Origin: Moniliella sp. 'wahieum'
Taxonomy: Eukaryota
Direction: 5' to 3'
Length of the DNA stretch: 64,000 bases
Assembly: GCA_003971905.1 (NCBI GenBank)
Contig: RSEE01000073.1
Location: 62,001 to 126,000, forward strand
Shown here in pieces: positions 35,901-48,731 of the stretch (position 1 is the stretch's first letter; each line of letters begins with the position of its first letter). Under the pieces are notes generated by a model. That model had not been told where the DNA came from. It did no database searches and saw nothing but the letters and a program-made list of their open reading frames with translations. Made by a program: the position numbers and the translations under genes.

Positions 35901-37120
35901 ACAGAGCAGGTACTGGCAGACGGAACGGATGGAACTCGAAAGCGTTCAGCACAATGTCATGCCCGGCAATCTTGAGGTTGTTATTGTCCCAAGTGACAGC
36001 GGGCGCGTCTTGCAGGGGCAGGCTCCACGCTGGAATTGGAGGGAGCAAAACTGCTAATAAGGGTAGCAGATACTTGAGGAGCATATCTGCAAGTGTGCCA
36101 GCAGCGGGGTTGGCGTTGAGAAGTATGAGAGGGGCTGCTGCGAAGACGATGGTATTTACCCATCTGACGCCGAACAGGCAATGCCCTCCGTCGATCTTGT
36201 TGGAGTGGATGAGAAAAGGATGTGGGTGCCCGATCCCCACAACCGATAACCGAGAACATGTTGAAGAGATTGGCTCCCAGGAACAGGGCTGGCCGCAAGC
36301 CATAATCTCGATCATCGATCATCGATAACCGAAGGACAGGGACAGAGACGCGGTGCAATAAGTAAACCCTACCCTTCTCCAATATACTCACCGAAAATAA
36401 GGCCGATTGCATCGCGTGGACCGAATATCGCCATGTGGCAGGGGGGTGGCCCGAGCACAGGATTAGGGGGGCGGCGAAAGCAGGCGTGGCATCAAGGTGG
36501 CTGAATCCCGATGCCAAGCCAAACAGCAATCAAGGTAATCAAGAACTGGAGGTCGACAGACAATAGGGATTGATTGCTGGTGGGCAATAGTAGAGAGTAG
36601 CGGAGAGGGAGGAGGAGGAGGGAGGGGATGAGAGGGAGGACTATAAGCTACGACTGCCAAAACTTCAAAAGGAGGCGGATTGCCTCAGACTTCCGCCCCG
36701 GCGGGGTTAGCGGAGCTGCTGGGAGGAAGTGGTTGGGAGCGCCAGAGTCCGACTATGTTCTTGGCAGACTGCACTAGTGTTTCCTCAACAGTGCCCCCCA
36801 GATTCTTAGGAACCCCTCCTCACCCGGCCATACCAGACAGGCCAGGTAGTCGACAGTGATGACACGATGACGTGTCCGCATCCACTGGCATCTCGACTTT
36901 GGGTGTAACTCACATCTATATCGACTTGGATGGGCATGTTTTCATTGCGGTGTGGCTGGATATACCCGCGGGAATAATCGGATGGAAAAAAGGACTCGAC
37001 TGGGTGCGGAGAGTAATTAGTTTGAGCTCCCCATGATTTGGGCAGGGGAGCAGACTGTTTTCCGACGACCAAATGGCGTTTTGCACCGTCAATCAAACTA
37101 TACTGACTGCGGCTGTACTT
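32901..37120. repeat. Tandem segmental duplication unit B (GH35 gene plus upstream region)
   Basis: Direct-orientation paralog of 24455-29035. Confidence 0.85.
33070..36084 (-). CDS. Secreted GH35 beta-galactosidase, copy B; intron ~35282-35344; 3' ~550 bp broken by many indels (error or pseudogenisation)
   Basis: Same motifs as copy A (QIENEF, PEFQGG, YTSYDYGA); open to ~33620, then fragmented; stop position approximate. Confidence 0.88.
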
Positions 37121-37414
37121 TGATCTCCTCTTCCCGTCGCAGCTAGGCGCCATTACCCGTTGCAGTGGAAATGTGGGACAGCAATCTCTGAAGATGTGCG
37201 ATCTGAGTACACATTCATCAAATTATCAAAGGCACGTCTATAATACCTATACGTAGGAGACAAGGTTTCTGTCGCCTCTCCGGGGATCACTGTCTTTTTT
37301 GTGTGGTCAACATGTCAATTGTAGAGGAGATGGTCCAAGGTCTTGTGGAAGGGAGACCGAGATGAGTCACATATGTGACATAGAGCATGGATCATTGGCG
37401 TTTCCACCACTGGA

Positions 37415-38514
<1,100 letters not shown>

Positions 38515-38630
38515 GGGTGTAAAGTGCGGGTAGGATGATAAGATGGGTTGTGTGAGGTTGCTGGGGCGGTTGCTGTGCAAGAGGGGAGATGCGGATGTGG
38601 TCCTCGTAGCCAAAGGAGAGGAGAGATGCG

Positions 38631-38638
38631 TATATATA
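38631..38638 (-). promoter_or_regulatory. Probable TATA box of GAPDH
   Basis: TATATATA about 120 bp upstream of the ATG. Confidence 0.55.
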
Positions 38639-39585
38639 CGCCTCCCGCTGCAGGCTCCAAAAATAATGCATGGGCGCCAAGCGCGTCGTGTGCTTCACAA
38701 CTGATGGAAAAACAAAAAGCCCCTGGGAAGGGCGCTGTTCAATTACGGCAAGGCTCCAACTTGACCGCCCTCCCGCCTCCGCTTAACGCCGTGGCGTAGA
38801 CCATTTGCGCCCATACGGCGATTAATGAGTTTGCCATGGACTACGCGGACTATTATACACATCGGTCTTCCAACAGAATTTCGGTTTGCACAAAACCCCC
38901 TTGTCTCGTCTCTATCACCCATCTTTCGGTAATGCCTCAAATCTCTCCCCACATCTCCCCACCCCCACCACCAACAAACCACCAAACAGGGAGCACAGGG
39001 GGTCTCCTATACGTTCACGGGCCCTTTGTCGGTGGTCATATTCATAGCTGCGCCTAACTATAGGCGGAGAAACAGCGTTGGTGAGCGTACTCTTGGAACT
39101 ATGTAAGGTAGGGAGTCAACGTCTGTCCTCTGTTTCTCGCATAGTTTGATGAAGCTTGAAGGGGGGGCAACCGCCGTCTTTTTCAGATCTCAGAGTGGTA
39201 CGCAACACCATCTGCATCATCGAAAAAGACATCATTGCATCACATCAGGGCATGCGATGAAACGTACCCCCGTATACCATTACCCCCGCGGGCGTATAAA
39301 TGTACCCGACACCCCTGAAACTGCGCACTCTCGGTGCGTTTTCCATTGGAGGATAGGATCGGCGAGGCTAAGTGAGAACCTTGAATCTTGAAGCTTGAAT
39401 CTTGAAGTTTGAAGTGAGATATGAGAAGTGTTGATTTACTCGGCTCCTGTCGGTTGCTCATAAGGCCCAAGGCTTGTAGCAAGTGCCGTGGGCGCAAATC
39501 AACATAAGGTCACACATCCGTTCATTTATGATTCAAGGTACACGGGGTAGAACGACAACCGTCATTGACTGAAGGTTGCATCCAA

Positions 39586-39657
39586 GGGCGGATAGCTCAG
39601 GGGTAGAGCGCTTGCTTAGCATGCATGAGGTCCGGGGTTCAATTCCCTGTTCGTCCA
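39586..39657 (+). tRNA. tRNA-Ala(AGC)
   Basis: GGGCGGA/TTCGTCC acceptor with G3:U70, TAGCTCAGGGGTAGAGC D arm, TT-AGC-AT loop, GGTTCAATTCC T arm, downstream T run. Confidence 0.95.
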
Positions 39658-40070
39658 AACCATTTTTGCCACTTTTTCTTTTCTGGGTACGCAGGCTGGC
39701 CGAGCATGAACAGGACTATGAGAATCCCCATCTAGGCGAGGGGGATCCCAGTTCCTCCAAGGGAAATCCACGTGTATACCGCTACTTGGTTTTTGACGTG
39801 GGATTGGAAACCGTGAGGTAGGGAGGGGGTTTCTGGCAGCACCCCAGCAAGTGAATTCAAAAATCAGAATTCAGAACTTCAGTTCCCGGATCCGATTCTA
39901 TTTCTCCACCTCTCCTCTCCTCTGATCGGTCGCGGTCACAGTCGCGGTCTCGTTCAGGGTTTCATTCATGGTCTCGTACTCGTTCCAAGCGTAGACATCC
40001 CCTGGCCATGGAGTGGACAAGTGTTCTCAAATGTCAGATCTCAGATCTCAAATCTCATGCGGGTTACAAT

Positions 40071-43000
40071 TTACACCGTAGGCGCCACATGCTCGTACGA
40101 CGCGTCCGAGACGGTCGACTGTTGGGTACTGGTCTTCTTCAACGCCGGGGGGTCGAGCTGTTCCGCCTCCTCTCCCGTCTGACCAGGCTCGTACTGGTAC
40201 GCGTCGCCCGTGCCATGCTCCGGAACTTCGTGCGCTTCACCCGACGTGCCGGCCTCGGCAGCCGCGCGCGGACCACGTACTCCGCCTCCCACACGGCCAT
40301 GGGAACGTCGACCCGACCCGACGCGCAAGCCGCGCTTCAACGACGCAGAGGGGGACACGCTAGCCAGCTCGGGCGGGGGCGACGCAGCATCGTCCTGGGC
40401 CAAGGGCACAGGTGCTGGTTCGTCGGTCAACTGTACGCTGTGGTGGCCAGACGTGTGCGCCGACGTGTCCTCAAGCGAGGTCCCACTCCCACGCTGGTCC
40501 GCCGCCGGGTCCAAGAGCAAGGACTGCGCTTCTTGCATGATACTTTCCGCGGTCGGGGTGATCAGTTCGGTAGACTGGGCCTCAGTAGTGTGGGACGGGG
40601 ACGCGGGCGTGGGGTCAAGTTCCAATCCGAGTCCGAGTCCGTGTGCGTGTTCACGTCCACGTCCAAATCCAAACCCAGACCCAACTCCTGATGCAGGAGC
40701 AGCGGCAGCGGCAGGCGCAGACGCAGGCGGGGGAGGGTGGGCCTGAGCTGCGCGCAAGCGGGCTGCGGCGATCGAGGTACGGGAAGGACGCATATCAATT
40801 GGCCGAGTGCGACGACGGACGGGTACTGCACGTACGCCCCCGCGCACAGAGGAGGAAACTGTCCCGGTGCGTGACGGGTGGGCTAGAGCTTGAGTTTGCG
40901 CCTGCGCTTGCGCCTGTACCGTCTGCAAGACAGCCGGGATGACGGCATCGTAGTATTGGACCAGGTCCTTGGCCAAGAGGTAAGGATGGGACGCGTTGAT
41001 CGTTTGGCTGCCCAGTTCCCGGAGGGGCGGAGCAAGCTGCGGCCCAGGCTGCGGCCCAGTTTGGCCGTGTACAACGGATCGGCGCCCGGGCCGTCGGTGG
41101 CGGCGAGTAACTGCGAAAGATGTTGGGTAAGGGCTGCAAGGGAGGAGATGTGAACTTTGGGCAGTTTGGCCAGGACAGATTGCAAGTCGTTCAAGATCGC
41201 AGTGTGCACTTGGGCTGTCTGGGCGGGAGAGAGGGAAGCTTGGTCCGACGGCGACGGGGTGTCCGATTCAGTTGCCTTGCCCTTACCAGAACGGAGTAGC
41301 GCTTCTTCCTGTGCCGTGGCCGCACGGTACACACTCCAAACGGTGTCCCAAGAAGTTTGTGGGACCAGTGTTTCCTCCAACTCGGCTGCCCAGGTCTTGA
41401 CCAGCGAAGCCAAAACCGGGGGGTCAGCCGGGGCTAGAAGGGCCAAAAGCCGCTCATCGCGCTCGGTCACACTGGCCCCTTCCTCTCCGGGGACCACTTC
41501 CGCCGCTTGATCTTCCTTCAACGCCTGGATCAGACGCGACCGTAGGCCATGCAGCGCTGTCAGAGGCACATCGTACAGCCATACTTTGCGTTTCTCTGCG
41601 TTGCGTGCCTGGAGCAGATTGGCTTCCAGCGTCGCTCGATCGGCCTCTGGCGCCGTGGGGCTCGCCTCACCCGCGCCAGGCGGGGGAGGAAGGGAAAGAA
41701 AGCCAGGAGGTACAGGCCATCGCTCGTCATTGTTATACGCCCGCTCCAATGCGGTGAGCAACAATCGCAACACGCGCGGCGGAGCTGGCAAGCCGGCCGA
41801 TTGACCGGGCGAAGGACTGAGCGTCGTTTGGGCACCCTCCGTGTCGGGGAAGGAGATGGCCAGCGCGCGCGCCCGATCCCATTTGACCAAGTTCATTCCA
41901 AACCCAAACGAGCCCATCCCTTCGAGCGAGTCCAGCTCATGGTGGTAGAAGGGATGGAAAACTTGTGGAAGAGGCGCATAGGGTCCCGTCCCATACCCTC
42001 GGATCAGCGTCGTAAGATCCACCGACGCCTGGTACATTTCGGCTGGGACATGCTTGTGCGCCGCGCGGGCCCCATACACTTTGGTCAGGGGTTTGAATGC
42101 TTCGCTGTACTGGGCCAGCGCTGTGCCGATCGCCCGCGCCCGTTCGGTCTCCCATTTTTCGCAAAGCGAAAGCTGGGCAAAGATGGCCTGTTCCATAGCG
42201 CACCGCGCCTGGTCCAGCTCTTCCACCAACGCTACGTATTTGTCTTCGGCCACCTGAGAGTCTTTGCGCAGACGTACATGTTTCGCCTCCCCCGCCGTGC
42301 CGGAGGCGCTGGCCGAGGCAGCAGCAAACCCACTCGTGACCGCGGCACGCACGTTGCCCCAAATTGAAGGAGGGACATCGGACCCGGCCGAGGCAGAGCG
42401 AGCGGCAGCAGCACCGGCCTGGGCCGCGCGGCTGGCCTCTTCCAGACGGTGAAGGGAGAGGGTACCGGCGCGCTGCAAGCTGGCTCCAAACCCAGCCAGG
42501 CCCGAGGGCGCGAGGTGCGGAGATCCTGCTGGTTTGTCCTCTGCCGTGTTGGTAGGGGCTGGGCCTTGGGTGGGTGTGCGGTCCTTGAAGCCAAATTGGG
42601 CACGGAGGGAGGTTTGATGTGCTTGTTCAGCAGGGTCTGAGCCCGATGGCTCGGCGGGATCGGACGAGGTGACAGAGGAGGTAGCCTCCGAGCGTTCGCG
42701 TAGGTGTTGTCGACGTGCCTCGGTGAGAGAGAGGATGGGTTGTCCGTCCGAGGGGGCGAAGCGAGCGGCCTCTTCTGCCTCATCGGCCAGACGGCACTTG
42801 CTCTCATACTCCTCTCGGAGTTTGTCGACCTTGTCAGACATGCGTTCGAGCGAGTCGAGTTGTTTTTCGATTGCGGTCCAGGCACGGCGGAGACGGCCAT
42901 GGTGCATGAGCGTCCACTGGGAAAAGGGCTCGACAATACGGTTGTCCAACGCCTTGGCGGCCGCGTGGTGGGCGGCGGCCTGGGTATGGGCATCGGACTC

Positions 43001-43413
43001 GGCCTGAGCCCAGGCGCCAGCGGCCGAAGTAAAGCCAGGGACGTTGGAGGCCAGCTTGGCAAGGGAGGTGTAGGAGCGGGCATGCAGGCCCGCTTCGGGG
43101 AAGAGGGGGGTCAAGTCGAGGCCGGTGGGCACCGGCTGGGCCAGGGCGTCTGCGTGGGCACTTTCCGCACGGGCGCGCTGGGATACAAGGGCAACGACAC
43201 GCATGTTGAGGTCGGCGCCGGCCTGGAGGAAAGAAAAGAGACGGACGAGGGGGAGGCGGTAGGTGGCGACGCTGCCCGGGGGGCCGTTGGGGTCGGGCGG
43301 GGGGCGTCGGGGGCGGCAGCGAGGAGGCCGGCGGCGGGGCAGCGGCCCGAGGGCCAGAAGGACGAGGCGATGGTCGCCGGCAGCTGCACGGCGTAGGCCG
43401 AGGGGAGCGTCAT
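40071..43413 (-). CDS. F-BAR plus RhoGAP-like protein (Rgd2/Rga8-like); frameshifts near 43340 and 40990
   Basis: N-terminal IASSFW, coiled F-BAR (RARAESAHA, IVEPFSQW, YESKCRLADEAEE, EKWETERARAI), YGTGPYAP, FGMNLV, EKRKVWLYDVPL, VLASLVKTWAAELEETL. Confidence 0.8.
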
Positions 43414-43816
43414 CGCAGGCAAGGCAGCCCAGGGGGGGTGGTGGTGGTGGGGATAGCCTAAAGCCACCCCACCCCACGTGGCGCACCGGCCCTGCGTGGA
43501 GCCACTGGTCACGTGCGGTGGGCCGCCTGCTGACATCAGCCGCCGCGCGAGGCCGACGAGTGACAGCGTGGCAGGCCGATGGGGCGGGTGGCTGCTGCGG
43601 GCCGATGCAGGCCCAGCTAAAAGCTCGTCTACCCTGCCGCTCTACTTCGCCTACGCTGCGCTGCCCTGCCTGCCTCCCCCCGGCCCAGACGCCGACAGAT
43701 TGGATTCCAAGCAGCAGCCCACACGCTGCCTCGTCTACAGCCGCCGCAGCCGAGCCCTGGCCCTGGCCACGTGCACGCACTGCGCCACGCGCCCAGCCGA
43801 GAGCCACACGCGCCGT

Positions 43817-44818
43817 CTAGTCCAGCTCCATGCTCTCGCCCACCTTGGCGCCCTTGCGTTTCCCCTTGGCCTTGGCCGGCTTGGCCAGTGGCGCGCCCGT
43901 GCGCTTTTTGGGGTCGAAGCTGCGTGGGGGGAGAGGCCAGCAGGGTCAGCCATCGGTCCCCGCACCAATCCAGCACCAGCCTCCGCAGGGACAAGGCAGT
44001 AGATGCAGGGGAGGGAGAGAAGAAAGAGAGAATAAAGAAGAAAATAGAGAGACCAAAAAGACGTACCCAGTAGTCCCCAGACGTTCCGAAAGCGGGATGG
44101 TGATCCGAGACTTGAGCGAAGGGGTGGCGGTGGGCGCCTTGCCATTCTTGGCTGCCTTGGCTGCCATCTGCACCGCCTTGGCCTTCTTCTCCGCGGGGGA
44201 AAGACCGAGTCCCATACGTTTCTGCAAGCTCGGTGGCGGGGGCTTGGTCTCCTTGGCCTTGCCACCAGTATCCTTGGTGTTGTGGGATTTGGCCTGGGAG
44301 CCTCGCGGGCCAGCAGTCGACGCGGCGGGCCCCGTTGCTGGGGCGTGCGCAGGCGGCTGGTTCCCCGACGCATACGGAGCGGGGGAATCGAGCAGGTCAG
44401 GAGCAGCAGCGACGTGCGGCGCCACTCCTGGTTCCAAGCGACCTTGGGCATTCAGTCGTTCGCGTGCGGCGGCACTTGCTTGGCCCGTAAAGCTGGCGAG
44501 GCCGGCACCGAGGTCGGATGTGCGCGGCGCGACGGACAACACCCGTCCATCGGCCAAGCAGCCATTGAGCGATGCACACGCCGCGTTCGCATCGTCCCGC
44601 CTAACAAACGCGACTTCGAAGCTAAGGCTAGGATAGTTGAGTGACGGCGGCGGTCGTTCGGTCACGGCTTCGACCGGGCCAAACGGTTCAAAGGTCAACT
44701 CAATGTCCTCGGTCGTCGTGCCCTTGGCCACGTTGCCCACCACCACCACATACGGGCCACCCGAGCCACGAATGTTGATGGATGTAGGCGGGTAGGCGGG
44801 GGCGTGGTTGCGTGCCAT
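43817..44818 (-). CDS. RRM-containing protein with Lys-rich tail; intron near 43980-44066; start may lie further upstream
   Basis: INIRGSGGPYVVVVGNVAKGTTTEDIELTFEPFGPV..FEVAFVRRDDANAACASLNGCLADGRVLSV; ends KRKGAKVGESMELD*. Confidence 0.75.
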
Positions 44819-45410
44819 GAGTCCAGGAAGAAACGAGGGCGATGGTGGTTGTCCGCCGTTCGGCCTACTAACGCGACTGACGCGCGCACCTGCCCTGTTG
44901 ACGGGGGATGGAATTAGCTCGCTCGGATTTTTTTTTAATATTGTTTTTGTTTTGTTTGTTTTGTTGGTGCTCATCGAACCGATCGTTCGTTCCGACACTC
45001 CGCGCTCGAACCTCCCAAATTTAGTCCTTCTTTTGACACGCTACGAGAGGCTGCCTCGGCCCATGCGGAGAGCAGACAGGCACCTGCCCCGCCGTCCACC
45101 CCCCTCCAACCCCCACCGCTCTGCCAGTCGGACCAAGGCTACCTCAGCAATCGTACGTCTGTCCCATCTCTACCCGGGTGCACTAGGAGCCGCAAAGACA
45201 AACAACCACAAAGCAAAGAGTCCATACAGTCCATACAGCCCGAATGTTCGTCCTGTTGTCTTGATGCCTGTCAGGTGCACGCGCCCCAAACGAGGCTAAG
45301 CCCCCAAACACCTATCAAAGGGGAGGGGGGGAGGAGGAGGGGAGGAAGGAGAGAGGGAAAGAGAAGGGCAAGGGAAAGAGAAAGAGAGGAGGGGCGGGGG
45401 GGGATGGAGG

Positions 45411-47533
45411 TCAAAACGCTGGGAAATGGTGCTTCATGACAAAGTTGCCATAGAGCGAGTAGGTGCGGAGCTGGGTGCCGTGCGTGATTTCGACCTGGAC
45501 CGGCGCATAGGGCACGCGTTCCCCATCAATGGAGATGATGCCGCCCTTGCGGAGCTTGCTACTGCCGCGGGCAAAGTGGGGGGGTGACGCGGAACGCTTC
45601 GGCTTTGACGTAGGAGATAGCTTGGTCATACACCACCCCGCCCGTCTCGGCGCCCATCAAAGCACGCAACTTGGACCAGCGCGTATCTTGCACCATAAAT
45701 GCCAAGTCCACCAGCCCGTCACCGGCGACGGCACAGGGGAACTGGAGCAGGTCCGTGCCACGTACGGCAACTGGCCCGCATACATGCTCATCAACGGCCG
45801 ACGCACCCGTGCCCAGCCTGGTGCGAACGGACGCAGAGCATCCGCCTCGGAACGGACGTAGTTGGGGTCTTTGAGATAGTAGGATTTGGGCCAACTGGGG
45901 TCGTACAGGTCAAAGTCAGGTAACCCTTCCCCACCCAAATCATCAATAGCTGACCCGTGTTGGAGCGGCGGCATGCCCAGGTCCTTGGCGTCGTGCGTCG
46001 TGTCATTTTGGGAAGCGAGGGCGGCCGGGTCCGATTCCGATTCCGATTCGTCCGATTCCGATTCCGGCCCTGGTACGGGAGGCTCACCAGTCGAGGCGCG
46101 GGCAAGCGCACGCGCACGGGCATGGCGTGCTTGCACTTGATCTTGGTGAGCCAATTCGCGTGCGCCGGGCCGTGGGTGGAGGTGCGGGCTTGGTGTTCGG
46201 CGACGCGAGTACGCATCAAGCCGCGCGAGGTGGTCCCGTTGGCTCCCAACTTGATGTCGAGGGTAATGTGAGCCTCGCTGTTCCACAGCACGCCATTGAG
46301 GTAGCCCAAGACAAAGCGCAAGTCGCCTAGTGCACGAAGATGTTCGGTTGCCAATGTCCAAGTCAGCCATCAAGCCACGGTCTGGACAGGAAGGAGTAGT
46401 ACCGCCCACAAACCCATTGCCTCCATCTTGGTCTGCTGTTGTTTGGCACGCGCCAGGCTGTGCAAACGCTTTCATCAAGTCCAGCATGGCGTTGAGGTGG
46501 GATGCTTGGTTGAGGCTCGAGGCAGGTTGGGTGATGGTACAGATTTCCAAGTCGAACCAGTGGCCTTTGATGGCGTTCAGCGCGGCCTGGGCCAAATTAA
46601 AGCCCTGGGCCGGACCGAGCAAGTTGACATTGCATGCATTCCCACTTCCCGCCGGGATGGGCACCACGGCCACCGTGTCGAGCACTTTGCGTGCATCGGG
46701 CCGGGACGCAATCCCATTCAACACTTCGTGCATCAGCCCGTCCCCCGAGAGGTAGAGGATGCAGTCGAACCGATCGGCCAAGTCAGGTTCGTGGTGCACA
46801 ATTTCCAATCCATGGTTCCGATGCGTCGTCAAGGTCATGGTCAATGCACATCCCGCCGCCTCGAGCACCGGTTGGATTTCTTCGCGCCACATTTTTTCCG
46901 CCATGCCACGACCGGCATGCGGGTTGACGAGAACGAGCATGGACCGGTGCGGCTGGATGGGATGACCGCTCAGCGGAGACACGTAGGCCTGTTCAAAGCA
47001 CCGCTGGGCCCATTGCTCGGCCTGTGGCACCACCTTGGCTTCGACATGGACCTGGAGGGTGAGCAAGGCAAGTTGGGAAAAGGGCCCCTCAAGCCACTCT
47101 TGCAGATGCTCACCGCCGGTGAAGAGGGGGGGTTTCGTGCGGGGGGACGAAGGGACAGAAGAAGACGGAGGAGCAGGAGGGAAGAGGTGCTGGTGGAGCC
47201 ATTGAGCTACCTTGCTGCTCCCACGGGGAGGCGCAAGCAGACGGAGAGTGAGCGTGGCACCGTCAGCGTCAGGCTGGACGGAGGTGTTGAGGACGAATGT
47301 GGGGCACGACCAGCTCCACCTGGTTCAGCAGCTCCTCTGGGGATGGTACGTATACGGGTCAGCAAGGGGAGTACTCGGGGGAGGGGGAGGCGTACCGTTC
47401 CAGGAGTGGGCGGTTGGGTCGAGGGGGCTGGGACGAGGTAGAGGAGCTGGGTGTCGAGGACCAAGTGGGCCGGCTGATGGCCGTGGTGGACCGGGAGGCA
47501 GCTGGCGCGGGTGGGGCGCAGGGCATCATCCAT
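45411..47533 (-). CDS. Sphingoid long-chain base kinase (LCB4/LCB5-like, DAGK family); intron near 47060-47210, frameshifts
   Basis: LVLVNPHAGRG, LSGDGLMHEVLNG, PIPAGSGNA, GLMADLDI..EHLRALGDLRF, YAGQLPYVA, GIISIDGERVPY. Confidence 0.9.
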
Positions 47534-48731
47534 CGTGGGCGCGCCGGACGGGAGTGGGGGGCAGGGGCGGCAGGGGCGGCAGGAGGGCAAGCGGAGGGTT
47601 AGGACTGCGAAACGACAGGCGGAGGAAGGCGGCCTGGATGGGGAAGATGCGGTGGGGCGGCCATGGGGAGCGGCCTGTGTACGCAATCGGATGAGAGTGA
47701 ATAAGCTAAGCGCTAAGCCTTAGCGCTAATCGGCGTTGGATCAGCCTCTGGGCCAATCCGCCCATGAGTACCTGAGTACGTTGAGTCCGCTCATTACCTG
47801 ACGCTCACCGGTGACGGACCGATGAGGGCCCGCTGGCTGCCCGACGCTGCGGTGTTGGGGGTTAAGCTTTCAGGCCATTGGCTGCGGCCGCCACCCAATG
47901 CACCGTGCGCCTCCATCACATCCATCACGCCCATCATGCATCATGCATCACATGTCACACCCATCACAGCGTCCTCTCCCTCTGGCTAGCTACCCGCCAG
48001 CCCCATGCAAAGTCTGAGGAGGGTGTGGGGCAGGCGTCCAGCGCCGCTAGGTGCTAGATCCGAAAGGACCACCATCCCAGCGGCCTTCCAAGGGTGGCGT
48101 ACGCTTCATTGAAGCAGCCCTACTGTAGCCTTCCCTCCCGAGACGCTACATCGACTCATCGATCATGCGATCATGCATGCCACATCTCAGATCAATCACA
48201 CGTCACGCGTCACATGTCACATGTCACATGCAGCATCCGTCTTTTCGGGCAACTCATCGATCATCGACCACCAGTCACCGGTCACCGGTCACCAGTCATC
48301 CTAGTCATCAACGTTGCATTGCATCAACCGAACATCGAACAAACAAGAGCACACAAGACGGCGGGACGCGTGATGCTTGGCATGCCACATCATGCATCAC
48401 ACGTCACGCGTGAAACGCCACTGGTGTATTTCCACGTTTCCACGGCGCAGAATTAACGTCACTAATCGATAATCCCAGCTCGTCTCTTTTGGCCCCTCTC
48501 CAAAGCACTCCAGCTCCAGCTTCGCTTCAAACTTCAAGAGCAACAGCAGGTGGCAACAGGCGTATCGTATGGCAGGTGGCAATATAGATGGCAGAGAGGG
48601 AAGGCAAAATTAAGACAACAAAAACAAACCGGGAGCGGTGACCCTGACCTTAAGGGTCAACCTCCGCTAGCGACCGTCCCATCTCAAGTATCAAATAGGG
48701 TGTGTTCCCGACGGTCGCGTTTCCGCGCGCT

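Noticed and set aside
39611..39627. T-T mismatch in the tRNA-Ala anticodon stem
   Set aside because: A single mismatch is tolerated; all other tRNA features and the terminator are intact.
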